Shown here: one piece after another, positions 37,627 to 48,890 of the stretch
Numbering within the stretch: the stretch's first letter is position 1
How the letters are laid out: the number at the start of each line of letters is the position of its first letter
Source: Takakia lepidozioides
Taxonomy: Eukaryota; Plantae; Bryophyta
Assembly (NCBI GenBank): GCA_030704615.1
Contig: CM060732.1
Coordinates: 9,238,001-9,302,000, forward strand
Reading direction: 5' to 3'
DNA length: 64,000 nucleotides
Program-made: the position numbers and the translations under genes
The notes under the pieces: model-generated
Databases searched by the model: none
The model's input: the letters and a program-made list of their open reading frames with translations, nothing else
Told to the model about the DNA's origin: nothing

Positions 37627-38780
37627 ATGGAGGATATCAGGATGAAGAGCACCACAATCTTACAGAAGCAAACGATTGTTACACCATAGGCGGTGCAGCT
37701 ATTGAAGGAGCTGCGATTGGAGGGATTGCTACGCAAGGCAAGGTGTGTTTGCTATCTTGCATCATTCAGTCATGATACAATTCTTCATAACTTTGAGCCT
37801 CGGACAGGAGTTACTCAGGTGAGGGAGTAGATATAGAAATTACTCCCTAGTACCTGCAGCATTGTTTGATTTGCCATCAGGACATGTGGATGTGGATGAG
37901 CACAGGGCAAGATTGCAGATAGGGAATTTGTTCCAAGAACGGAGTTTCTTTAAATCTCAAGGTTTTGCTTGTACCAAAGCCGAGTACCCAGGGCTTAGGG
38001 AAGTTGGCCAAATCTTGAACGTTCTGTTTGCCATGAAACAGAACCAACAGTATTTGAGCAGGTCCTTCACAGAGGAGATCCTGAAAGCTTTGAGAGGAGA
38101 TGATGTCGCTTGGGCGGAGTTAATGTACAACGGATTGGTGGACGAAATGAAGAGGTTACAGGGCACTGCTGCTAAGTCTCCAATCATTGTGTCCGGACTA
38201 GTCATTGCCCAAATAATTCTTGATTCTTGCATACTTGATACTCGGGAACGTAGGGAGATGGGAGTGTTTGAGGCAGAAACCACTGCAATTGAAGAGCAAG
38301 GCTCTTCACACAGTGAGGGTGGACTGACAGTGCAACACCAGTCTAAGAGACAGAGGCGGGGTAAGACTGTAGTGGCGGATCCACTGGCTTCACGGAAACC
38401 GCACGATAATGTTTCCCAAGCTCTTGTGCAGGAAGGGGCACAGCAGCACAAAGAGCTGCTATTATTGGAAGCAGGGCCTTCAGAGAGGGAAGAGGAAGTC
38501 ACTTCGATACCACAGCCACCACAACCAATTGACTCTGTTGCACAGTTAGTACATGCTGTAGCATCACCCCCAATTGCTCAGGAAGGAGAAAGGTTGGACA
38601 TTCCCACTACAGAGCAGGCCGTGGCCGAAATTGAGAAGGGAGACCTTCTCTATGAAAATTCTGGCTTGGTAAGGGAAACAATGATTCCAGAGGTGCAGCA
38701 GTTGTCGAGGGGAAATCCTGCGGTGCATGTAATACCCACACCTGTGACGGAGGTACGAGGGGTAGAATATCAAGACACTG
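37627..38780 (+). pseudogene. Family-B eORF N-terminal region (plant-transposon-protein-like domain + acidic linker)
   Basis: MEDIRMKSTTILQKQ..LKELRLEGLLRK..NFEPRTGVTQVR..IEITP.YL..LFDLPSG...VAWAELMYNGLVDEM. Homologous to 27640-27715 and 28274-28920. Confidence 0.8.
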
Positions 38781-41700
38781 GCAACTATCAGGGTAATCCA
38801 AGGGGGAATTACCAGCCAGGGAATCAGGATTATAGAAACAATCCCAGAGCAAACCAAGGGCGAGGACCTAATGGGGAAGAACTGTGTTACTATTGTAACC
38901 AGGCAGGACATCGCAAGGCAGTCTGTCCATTCTAAATCAGACACCAGAATGAGATGAGAGCTCCTGTGAATGAGGGCCCAGTGGTGGCAGCTCACATGGT
39001 TAGGCCATGTTTTGTACCAGAAGTGAGTACAATGATAGTGATCATAAACAAAGCTAAACTAATACCTCCAGTGGATGAGGAAGAAGATGATAATGAGGAT
39101 GGCAGTGATGTGCCTGAAGATGATGAGGCTTGGAGAGATGAGAAGGAACTACACAGGGAAGTGGCTGACACCATAAGGGAAATGCAGAAGAATACTGATA
39201 TCCCTATGACCGATTCTTCTGACTCTGATAGAGAAGATGGAGAGGGTGAAGATGAAGTGAAGAAAGAAGCTGCACAAGTGCAGAGTAATGAAGGGACTCT
39301 GGCTGAAGTAATATGCCAAACCAAAGCTGAGATTACCATTGGACAGCTATTGGCTGTGGTACCTCATTGTAGGCACAGGCTGTATCAAGCAATTAATCAG
39401 ATTGCTCATGTGACAGAGAACGCAGACTTGAGCAGCAAGGTGGCAAGTTATAATGTGAAGCCTGAAGGGCAAGAAACAGTCATGGACTTTGATGATTCTA
39501 TGCCAGTAATCCAATTGAGAATCGGAAGCACAGACTTGACTGATGTACTGATCTAGATGGAGGTCCATGAGTGAATATCATGACAGACTAATGAAGGCAG
39601 AAGCTTGGTCTGAGTAACATGAAACCAGCCCCATTTACAGTAACAATGGCAGATCAAAGGAGTGTACAGCCTTTAGGCTTGATAAGAGGAGTTAAGATAC
39701 AGATTCAGAAGATGGTCTTTAAGATCACAGTGATTGTGTTGAAAATGGATGATGTTATGGAAGCTTACTCCTTATTGCTGGGTCGACCATGGCTGAAACA
39801 GGCCAGGGTATTCCATGACTGGAATTCCCAGTTACTGACTGTGCATGATGGGAAGCACAAGATACAGGTCACCACTAAGAAATCTAGTAGGCTACCTGCT
39901 ACCAGAAGACCTCGTGGAGTCAGAGAGTATGACTGGAGGGGAGGACTTGATGAGGAGCACGAAGCTGCCCTGTTTGCTGCGCACCCAGAGTGGGAGCAGG
40001 TTGCAGAAATGCAACTGGGAGGCCTGAGTTGTTTTAAAGGTATCTGCTGTGGTGCAGTAACAACAACACCAATTGAGGGGGAAACAAGTAGTTACCTACC
40101 ACATTTCTATGAGGAAAGAGAGGGAGAAATGGAAATCCTAGAAGAACCAGCCACTGTGAGTTTACAGGATGAAGTAGTGGCTGGATGGACAATCACAGCT
40201 GAAGAGCAGGTGAGAGACGTGAATGTGGGAACTGAGGAGGAACCAAGAATGGTGAAAGTAGGGGCTGACTTGGAGCCAGAATTCTTTGAGGAAGCTAAGA
40301 GCGTGTTTATCAAATACAAAGATGATTTGCTTGGAGCTATGAGGATCTGAAAGGGATACCACCTGAGATTTTCCAGCATAAGATTGAATTGGAACCAGGG
40401 TCGGTACCAATCAAACAGGCAAGGTACAGGATGAATCCCAACTATGCACAAAAGGTTGGGGAAGAGATCAAGAAGATGCCTGAGGCTAAGTTCATATACC
40501 CAATAGAGTGTACAACTTGGTTATCACCCATTGTGATAGTTCCCAAGAAGAATGGCAAACTGAGAGTTTGTGTGAACTATAAGAAGTTGAATGCTTGTAC
40601 AAAGAAAGATCCATTTCCTTTGCCATTCACAGAAGCAGTACTGGACACTGTGGCAGGCCATGAGATGTACTCATTCATGGATGGCTTCAGTGGATATAAC
40701 CAAGTGCAAGTGGCGGAAGAAGATCAGGGAAAGACAACTTTCATCACAGACCGGGGTGCTTATGCATACAAAGTCATGCCTTTTGGACTTTGTAATGCAC
40801 CAGCAACTTTCCAAAGGGTAATAAGTGAATCTTTTCACGAGTATCTAGATGATTTCATGCAAGTGTTCTTAGATGACTTCAGTGTGTACAGCTCTAAGAA
40901 TGAGCACTTGCAGAAGTTGGAATTATGTTTGGCCAGATGCAGGATGAGAGGTCTTGGACTGAATCCGGAAAAGTGTATTTTCTGTGTGAACTCAGGGGTA
41001 CTACTGGGACACATTGTGTGTAAGAAGGGACTGCTTGTGGATCCTAGAAAGACAGAGGCTATTAAAGCCTCACCACCACCAAGTAACGTTAAGGGTCTAA
41101 GGAGGTTTCTTGGACAAACTGCTTATTATAGAAGGTTTGTCAAACGGTATGCACAAATGGCAGCACCATTGAGCAAGCTTTTGAAGAAGGATACAGTGTT
41201 TACATGGACAGCTGAATGTCAGCAGGCTTTTGAGGAACTTACATTGTCAGTAACAACTACACTTGTGCTGATTAACCCTCACTGGCATGTAGTATTTCAT
41301 GTACACTGTGATGCCTCAGGGGAAGCATTGGGAGCTGTGTTAGCCCAAAATATCACAGGAAACATAGATTCACCTGTGTACTATGCTAGCAGGTTGTTGA
41401 ACAGTGACGAAAGGAACTATAGCACCACTGAGAGGGAAGCATTGGCAATGATTTATGCAGTCAAGAAATTCAAGCATTACCTATTTGGAAGGAAGTTTTT
41501 GTTTTATGTCAGGCTTTGATTTTTCTGGTGAACAAGCCTTTGATAAGTGGCAGGATAACAAGATGATTAATAATCTTGCACGAGTTTGAATGCGAAGTTG
41601 TTTACAAGCCTGGCCGTTTGCATCTTGTGGCAGATCACTTGTCACACCTATCAATAGGAGAGCCCGCCACGGGAGTAGACGACCAACTACCTGATGCGAG

Positions 41701-42225
41701 TCTATTTGCAGTGGAGGTGCTAGGAAGTGCAGATGATTGGTTAGATTGGCAGTGGCCAATCAGATACTACCTTACTCATGGTCAGTGCCCACCCAGATAT
41801 GGGAAGGAACAGAGGAAGATAATAGCTATCAAGGCTTTACCCTACACTATGATAGGTGGCAAATTGTATAAGCTAGGACCTGATGGAGTTCTTAAACGAT
41901 GCTTGTACCATCATGAAGTAAATGAAGTTTTGGAAGAAGTTCATAAAGGAGTGGCTGGAGGTCATTTTGGAGAGGAGACTACCAGCAGAAAAATACTACT
42001 TGCAGGTTACTGGTGGCCTACTCTGTTCAAAGATGTGCACAAGTATTGCAAGAATTGTGATGAGTGTCAGAGGCTAGGACCTTTGCAAAGATCTGGAAAG
42101 ATGGCTTTGCATCCAACGATGCCTACTGAACCATTTCAGAAATGGGGACTGGACTTTGTTGGACCAATAAACCCACCAGCCAGAAATACACAGAACAAGT
42201 ATATAATCACAGCCACTGATTATAC
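38781..42225 (+). pseudogene. Non-chromovirus gypsy gag C-terminus, protease, RT, RNase H, integrase (truncated by an LTR insertion)
   Basis: PIKQARYRMNP..WLSPIVIVPKKNGKLRVCVNYKKLN..KKDPFPLPF..DGFSGYNQV..MPFGLCNAPATFQR..FLDDF; HCDASGEALGAVLAQ..YSTTEREALAMIYAVKKF; HKGVAGGHF..GYWWPTL..CDECQR..FQKWGLDFVGP. No additional archaeal-type RNase H is seen between RH and INT. Confidence 0.93.
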
Positions 42226-45200
42226 TGATAACGGCTATGCTACGAGGGACAGACAACGAGGGTCACAACGGGACATACCGGGTAGTGATGGACGTACACA
42301 ACCTGAGCCACAGGTAGAGACGTCTAAGTACGCGGTACTTAGCCAATGGCGGGACAATGGTACATTACCACGAGAGCAGTAGTGGGTAGTGTAGTAACCG
42401 TGAGCCGTGAACCACGATATCACACGGCCACGTTAGCATCGGCTTTAACCAATAGAGGGAGTAGTGGACCGTTTACCACTATGGCTCACGACCACTGCAA
42501 CGAGCCACTTTTTAGCAAACCTTTTCGGTTGCGTAGGCAGTTAGGCAAACGGTCATTAACGACCGCAGGCTGTAAACGGCTCTTTCGAGCATAGTATAAA
42601 AAGACTGCACGCAACTTAGAGAGGGTGTGCAATATGAGTATGAGTATCAGTGATCAATGTGTACTTTTGTGATGATGTGACGAACTCTGAAGTAAAGCCA
42701 TGATATTCGAAGTATCTCTGTGTAGAGTGAATGTGAGATGGAGAGAATGTGCATTATGAGAGAACGTGAGATGGTGAGAATGTGTATCATCTTAGAATAG
42801 TTTTATCTCGACTACCATCTGCTTGTATGAACAAAGAGGCTTCAGTCTTTTCGACTAAGATCTTTTATGCTAAAGATACTGTAGATTGGGCTTAATCAAT
42901 AGGATTAAGCAGCCTGCAGGGATATGGCTTCATACGACGTTCATGGTTTAGCTATCCTTAAAATGATTACTTCGTAATCGTTTCTGGAAGCATACCGTCG
43001 GACAACCTCTATTGCATGTCTTAGGAAATGGGCAGTAGTGTTGATAGCCTGTTTTGTCTAAGTCATAAACCAGTGATTAACATTTGGCGACCATACTGGG
43101 GACTAACGGTATGTTGAGTTCAAAAGTACTCAAAGAAGGATGGTTACTCAGTGATTTCTTGAAATCACGACAGAACGAGTCAACAGAAGCAAAGGAATGG
43201 AAAACATTCCTGGGAGAATTTCAGGGTTTACCAAGAGCAATACAACAGAAAATCTTTTTTTCAGTCGCGAAATAAGATGACAAATGGGGATTGAAGGGAG
43301 GAGTGATCAGTATTATACGAGCACCTTGGGAATGTAGGATTAGAAGTGAAGACTGGTTGTCTCGTCTAGCTCTATTGATTACTCTAATACCAATCAGAAA
43401 AGTTTGCTACACTAGTTATATTTTCAGAGAAGGATGTTCAAATTATGAATATTGTCACACGATCATAGAAGCAGTAGAGTACTGGATACCCAAAGACTTA
43501 TTGCAAGTCAGATACACTGAAAAATACAGATGGTATTATTGTGCCCATTAAAAGTTTGGTGATCAATCAGTAAGAAGGAAAATTAAGTCGTAATACAGAT
43601 TCTTGCAAGATAGGATCAATCTTGAAGAAAGGGTAGAGACACTATAAATTTTCTTTACTGACATACCAAGACTGTTTAAAGGGTACCGAAAAGGAATTCT
43701 ACGTATGATGTGGGAATGAATGAGGAAATTAAAGAAAAAGCTAAACAAGACAGGGCTGAACGAATAGAGAAATATGCTGCAGAAAGGGAGGCTTGGTTAA
43801 GAGAAGAATTTCCAGAATTACAAAACTTGAAAATTATTCAAGGTGAGACATCAAACAGTGATAAACCAGAAGATCAGAAAATCGGATCGGTGGGAAGTGG
43901 GAACACTACACCAGAAGAAGTTGCCAGTAATGTACTTGGTGAATGGTTACCACAAGAAAGATCTGAAGGACTTTCTACAGTAACAAGCCCAAATCGAGGT
44001 TTTGCTGAAATATTAGAAGAAAGATTTGAGAACATTTTGAGTGAAGAAGGTGAAAGAAGTGAAAGCACTTCTCCAGAAAGGATAACCATAACTGCACTCA
44101 AAGCTTTTAAAGATTCATTAAGCTTAGTAGGGACAGCAGCTGGAAGACAACTATCATTGGGACAAGGACCTCCTAGCTTTGAATCACTGTTTGGAAGACA
44201 AACACCAACACCACCACAGCCAGCAGCAGCGGGACCATCCCAGTTTGGACAACCAGTTGCAACAGCTGAACCGATGGCTTTAGCAGCAAGCAAAACCAGA
44301 CCACCATTTCCTTTATATGATGGGAAATCTGATCCAGATATCCATCTTAATCAATTTGAAAACATGGTCACCATTTACAATGAAGCAACAGACCAAGAGA
44401 AGATCCGACTATTTCTTTGTTCAATGGCCCGGAAAGGCATTGAATGGTTGGCAACTTTCCCAGCCAATCACTCTGCGAATTGGGCGGATATGAGAGCCGT
44501 GTTTCAAGAAAGATATAGATCCAACAAATCCACGTCTGAAATCTTCACAGGATTATAGAACCTAAGACAGAAAAAGAAAGAATTGGTAGTCGACTACCTG
44601 GAGAGGATGAAGACTCTGATCAGGAAACTACCTCAAGCACCAGGATGATTTGCAAAAATCATGGTTCATCAATGGACTTCGTCCTGAATACATAACCATG
44701 GTTACAGTCATGCCTAACAACATTTTGGCTGAAGCAGTAGGGACTGCAAAGAAGTTGGAATTGGGATTCCATCAGAGCAGAAACAAAGATTCCAAGGATC
44801 TCTTGGAGGAAGAAGACTTTGATGATGAAGAAAAACCCAAGCAAAAGAAGAAAGAAGTGATTGACAAAACCACTTTGGATCAGAAGATAGCAGAGGCTAT
44901 CAAGAATTTTAAAGATGAAGGGCCGCGAAAGGCAACATGGTGTCACAAATGCGGGACTGCAGGACACCTGGCAACGGAATGCCATATGAAGGACAAATAT
45001 TGTGATATTTGTCAGATGGACAAATATTGTGATATTTGTCAGATGGACAAATATTGTGATATTTGTCAGATGAACAATCATAATACCAGCCATTGTATTT
45101 ACAACCAACGGGCCAAGAAGACTGGGTACACACGAGAGGTGGGGGTACACCAAGTCCAAATCCGACGGGGAGGATCGGACGAACCAAGACGATACAATAT

Positions 45201-45626
45201 GGGTAATCGTTATCAGAGGCCACGAAATGAATATCCACCAAGGGATAGGGAACATCAACCTAGAAACAAAGAAAGCACGAGATGCCACTATTGCAAGAAA
45301 GAGGGACACTGGAAACATGAATGCCAGTTGCGAATCAAGCATGAGGCAGAAGTGGGAAATATGGAAGCCGGACCAAGTGTAGCCGTAAGTGTGGTAACCC
45401 CTGTAGTGGATACCCTTGCGGTAACCCAAACTCAGGCCAAGCAACAGAAACCTCCAGATAAGGAGATTGAAGAAGAACGGAAATAATATCCAGAAAGTGC
45501 AACATGGCAGGAGGAAAAGAGCTTACACCAGGAAGTAAGTAAAGTCATAGCTCAAATGCAAGAGGGAACCCATATACCTTATGGAGAGCCAACTCCAGAT
45601 AAGCAAATCAGACCAACGGTGAAGAC
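42226..45626 (+). mobile_element. Gypsy family-C element 5' part: LTR 42226-43082, PBS 43085-43102, long gag
   Basis: TGATAA...TTAACA LTR inserted in the integrase. PBS TGGCGACCATACTGGGGA resembles a tRNA-Arg type. gag motifs FPLYDGKSDPDIHL..WADMRAVFQERY..WFINGLRPEY and three CCHC knuckles. Confidence 0.88.
43111..45626 (+). pseudogene. Family-C gag with long N-terminal extension
   Basis: ATG 8 nt after the PBS. A reading frame with sporadic stops and one frameshift runs ~400 codons before the capsid-like motif, and is truncated by a family-B LTR at 45627. Confidence 0.75.
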
Positions 45627-48335
45627 TGTCGAGCGGCTTTTACTCACCCATCCCTTCGCTATCCGAGGTGGAAACTCCAAGATAGAAGAGTTGGATATCT
45701 CTAAGCCCTCAGCCCGCTCAGTACAATCAGTCATGACCTGCAGCTAGTGAATCATGGTTGTGCTATTCCTTCTTGCCTTCATGTTAACAATTTACCTTAT
45801 CTGATACTGAAGCATCAGTTTGCTTCAGTATCTTCTTAGTTCCAGTTAATCATGCATTCATTTCACAGCTTCACTCATGTCTCTCTACACAGTGTGCTTG
45901 TATTGAATAAGTATCAGATTATGATTTATCAGGTACTAGGCCAATGTCAAGTGACTCTAATCCACCCTACAGTATCACTACAATTCTGCTTGAAGTAAAG
46001 CATCTACTGTTCATCTCTCCTCCTACTCCGTGCTCTCGTTCTTGCTCTCCGCCTGATCTCCTCTCCTCCATGACCATCAAGCGCTCCTCCGTGAAGTGTC
46101 CTTCTTTCCGTTGTTGCCCTCCTTATCTGCCCCCAAAGCTGTTCTAACCACCTAACTAATTAACCGTTATCCCCGAAGTATCACGTTCCTTCTGCAGATG
46201 TCGTTCCCTCACAGTCGTTCCCTGCCATTGATAACTGTTCCCCATGTATTGTGACAGGCTGTGTCAAGCTGTGCCGAGCTGTGACTGGCTGTGTCGGCTG
46301 TGTTGGCTGTGACTGGCTGTGTCGGGCTATGTTGGCTGTGACGGGCTTGTGGCGGCCGTGCGAAGCTGTGTCAGGCTGTGACGGACTGTGTCGGCTGTGT
46401 GAAGCTGTGTCAGGCTGTGTCGGCTGTGATTGGCTGTGACGGGCTGTGGCGGCCGTGCGAAGCTGTGTCAGGCTGTGACGGACTGTGTCGGCTGTGTGAA
46501 GCTGTGTCAGGCTGTGTCGGCTGTGATTGGCTGTGACGGGCTGTGTCGGGCTGTGTAACCCCCCCCTAAAGTGCGCTGCTATCACCCCTAAGGCTCCTGT
46601 TGGTCTCAGTCTGCGCAAAAATTAAGGGTACCCCACAGAACCCGTAAAAGCGTCTAAGTCCCAAGCAGCCCTCTAACATTTACCCCTCCCCCTCTCAAAA
46701 AGCCGTGTCCTCACGGTTTACTGTTTGGGATTAGCAAACCTTTGTGAGCGAGCACCCTTCTGACGGTGAGAGTCTCGTGAAGGACTCCGTGTGCGAGCCC
46801 GAGTCCTGTCACTGGTTGACGGAGATGATTGAGCACTACCTGGAAATGTCAGTCCCTCCTTTGGCTGATATCGTGGTAACCTCTCAGGCATAAGAGATCC
46901 CCGCCGTTTCTTCTCTGCCATCTGAATTGTGTAGTTCTCTGCCATGTCAAAAGATTCCGCTGAAGAAACAGTAGTATCAGAGTCTTCGTCGCCCCTCAGG
47001 TGTTTTAACGGTCGAACTCTAACTAGAATCCGTTGGGGCATACAATGTGGTCCCACTATGTTTGGAAGTTTACACTGTACAACCTGCTGTAAGCTCTTAA
47101 TGGAAAAATTGGTGAACACCCTGAACTCCTTGTCCGTATAGGTGAGTGGTGTGCCAATGACTTGGGAACAGTGCAAGTATTTCCATGCCTCATGGCCCTT
47201 AAGGAAAATATCGTCTAGGCCAAATTTTTGTGTTGTCAAATTGTTCCAAGCCGAATGAAACCATGAACGAAGTTGGGAATCCTTCTGCATCATAACCTTT
47301 GCATCATATAGGTACATATGAGGTGGCACTGAAGGTAAGACCCAATGATCCCCACTGGAATAACTCAGAAATCGCGATTGCATCTTCTGCTGCTCAATGT
47401 GATAACGTGCCAGAAAACAAGCAGCATAGTATAACCCGCAACCCATGACAATACTTGCTACCTCCTTGGTCTTGGTATAAATGTACCCATGTACAACCTG
47501 GAAGACAATTAATTCCTTCAACATGGTACTTGCTTCATGCCAGTACCTCGCAAAGTGATGATCCTCAATGGGTCGATTGTTTGGAAGAACCTTAGTCCTA
47601 GTTGCCACTGGCAGCCAAATGCGCATGATCTGGTAGTAATGTGCCAACGACTGCGGAGGACTAAATTCCTTCCAAGCCAAATCCAACACAATGGGAATTT
47701 GGTTGAAGGGCATAATCATAGCCCGACTGTACTCCCGTGCAGCAGGAGTCCTAGGTGGGTTAAAAGCAGCATCCCCCCATACCTCAAGCTGTGGTGGCTG
47801 TGGTGTGGCTGTAGTAACAACAGGGTCAGCTACCGGCACAATCACTTGTTGTGGTATTGGTAATACTGGCCCTTCCACCACCGGCATCTCCTGAACCCCT
47901 TGCAAAGAAGACTGAAAAATTAGAGTTCAAGCTTGTAAATAAGTAGCCATCAGCTGCTCCTCAGGTACAAAGACTCTCTTATCAATATTTGAAGTCAGGT
48001 CCTCCACCTGAGTCTGCAGGCCGTCTACATCCTCCTGTAGCTCCGCTATCCTACTATAGACATTGTCTATAGTAGTTGTGGCAATGTTCTGCACCTGCAG
48101 TCTGAGTTCATTCATCTTGCCTTGGGTGAGCTTCCGTGGTGCTTTGCCTTCCACCGGCCCTTGTGCTAACCAGACCTGCATAAGGTGGTTATCCACCAAG
48201 TCGTGTGTGGCACCCCTAAGAGTCTGCTCCTCGGTGAGCCTGTACACATCTAACTGCTGCTGTAAAGCCTCCATGCGCTTCGCATGAGGTTCAACCAAAT
48301 TGGCATAGGCAGCAGCCAGATTATTGGCTTCCAAG
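45627..48335 (-). mobile_element. Family-B element 3' end: 3' LTR 45627-46678, PPT, eORF C-terminal ~540 codons
   Basis: The minus-strand LTR reads TGTTAGAGG...CTCGACA. An open 395-aa ORF at 46718-47905 and a coiled-coil part at 47927-48335 follow. Confidence 0.92.
46718..47905 (-). CDS. C-terminal part of the family-B retrotransposon extra ORF, unknown function (best-preserved copy, partial)
   Basis: 395 uninterrupted codons: Pro-rich linker, then an aromatic-rich globular region (LDLAWKEFSPPQSLAHYYQIMRIWLP...GCGLYYAACFLARYH...HWVLPSVPPHMYLYDAK...WFHSAWNNL), then a basic Ser/Arg tail. Conserved in three copies. Confidence 0.7.
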   Translation of the reverse strand: MQGVQEMPVVEGPVLPIPQQVIVPVADPVVTTATPQPPQLEVWGDAAFNPPRTPAAREYSRAMIMPFNQIPIVLDLAWKEFSPPQSLAHYYQIMRIWLPVATRTKVLPNNRPIEDHHFARYWHEASTMLKELIVFQVVHGYIYTKTKEVASIVMGCGLYYAACFLARYHIEQQKMQSRFLSYSSGDHWVLPSVPPHMYLYDAKVMMQKDSQLRSWFHSAWNNLTTQKFGLDDIFLKGHEAWKYLHCSQVIGTPLTYTDKEFRVFTNFSIKSLQQVVQCKLPNIVGPHCMPQRILVRVRPLKHLRGDEDSDTTVSSAESFDMAENYTIQMAEKKRRGSLMPERLPRYQPKEGLTFPGSAQSSPSTSDRTRARTRSPSRDSHRQKGARSQRFANPKQ

Positions 48336-48339
48336 CTCC

Positions 48340-48890
48340 AAGTGTCTCCGCTGGCGGAGACGCTTGTAGGAGGTTCCTGAAACCTATGAGCTGAGCAAAA
48401 AAAGAATGTACTCAATGGGTATGCGCTAGCGGATATGCCAGCCCAGCCCACTCGGAGCATCAACAATTTTTGAGCATGTGGAAAAACAAAGGAGATGGAA
48501 AAGGGGAGAACTTCCTGAAACATTTGAGCAGCCCTTGTTGCATGGGTATGCGCCGGCGGATATGCCAGCCCAACCCTCTCGGAGCATCAGCAACGTATGA
48601 GCATGCGAAAAAATAAACGGGATTGGAGTGAAGGAGCACTTCCTGAAACATGTGAGCATCCCAGCTCCAACGATATGCGCCGGCGGAGGTGGTAGCCCAG
48701 CCCTTCCAAGCATAAGAAAAAACCAAGGGGAATGAGCTGTCTCCGCCGGCGGAGACGGTTGTATATATGTGTGGAGATTCTCAAACCTGTGAGAGTTGAA
48801 GTGACTTAGGCATCTGCGCTGGCGGAGGTGCTAGATTAGGAGCAGCTTGGTGGAGCTTATGCGATGGCGCATATGCCTAAGTGCAGGTCA
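48340..48890. repeat. Array with (C)TCCGCCGGCGGA / GCGCCGGCGGATATGCC palindromic cores, ~126-bp period (DNA-transposon subterminal-like)
   Basis: GTCTCCGCTGGCGGAGAC at 48344, GTCTCCGCCGGCGGAGAC at 48739, and repeated GGGTATGCGCCGGCGGATATGCCAGCCCA units. Confidence 0.55.

Noticed and set aside
33902-45444. Long antisense ORFs over gag/pol (e.g. 33902-34534, 37957-38502, 44659-45444)
   Set aside because: Shadow ORFs of purine-rich retroelement coding strands with no independent motifs.
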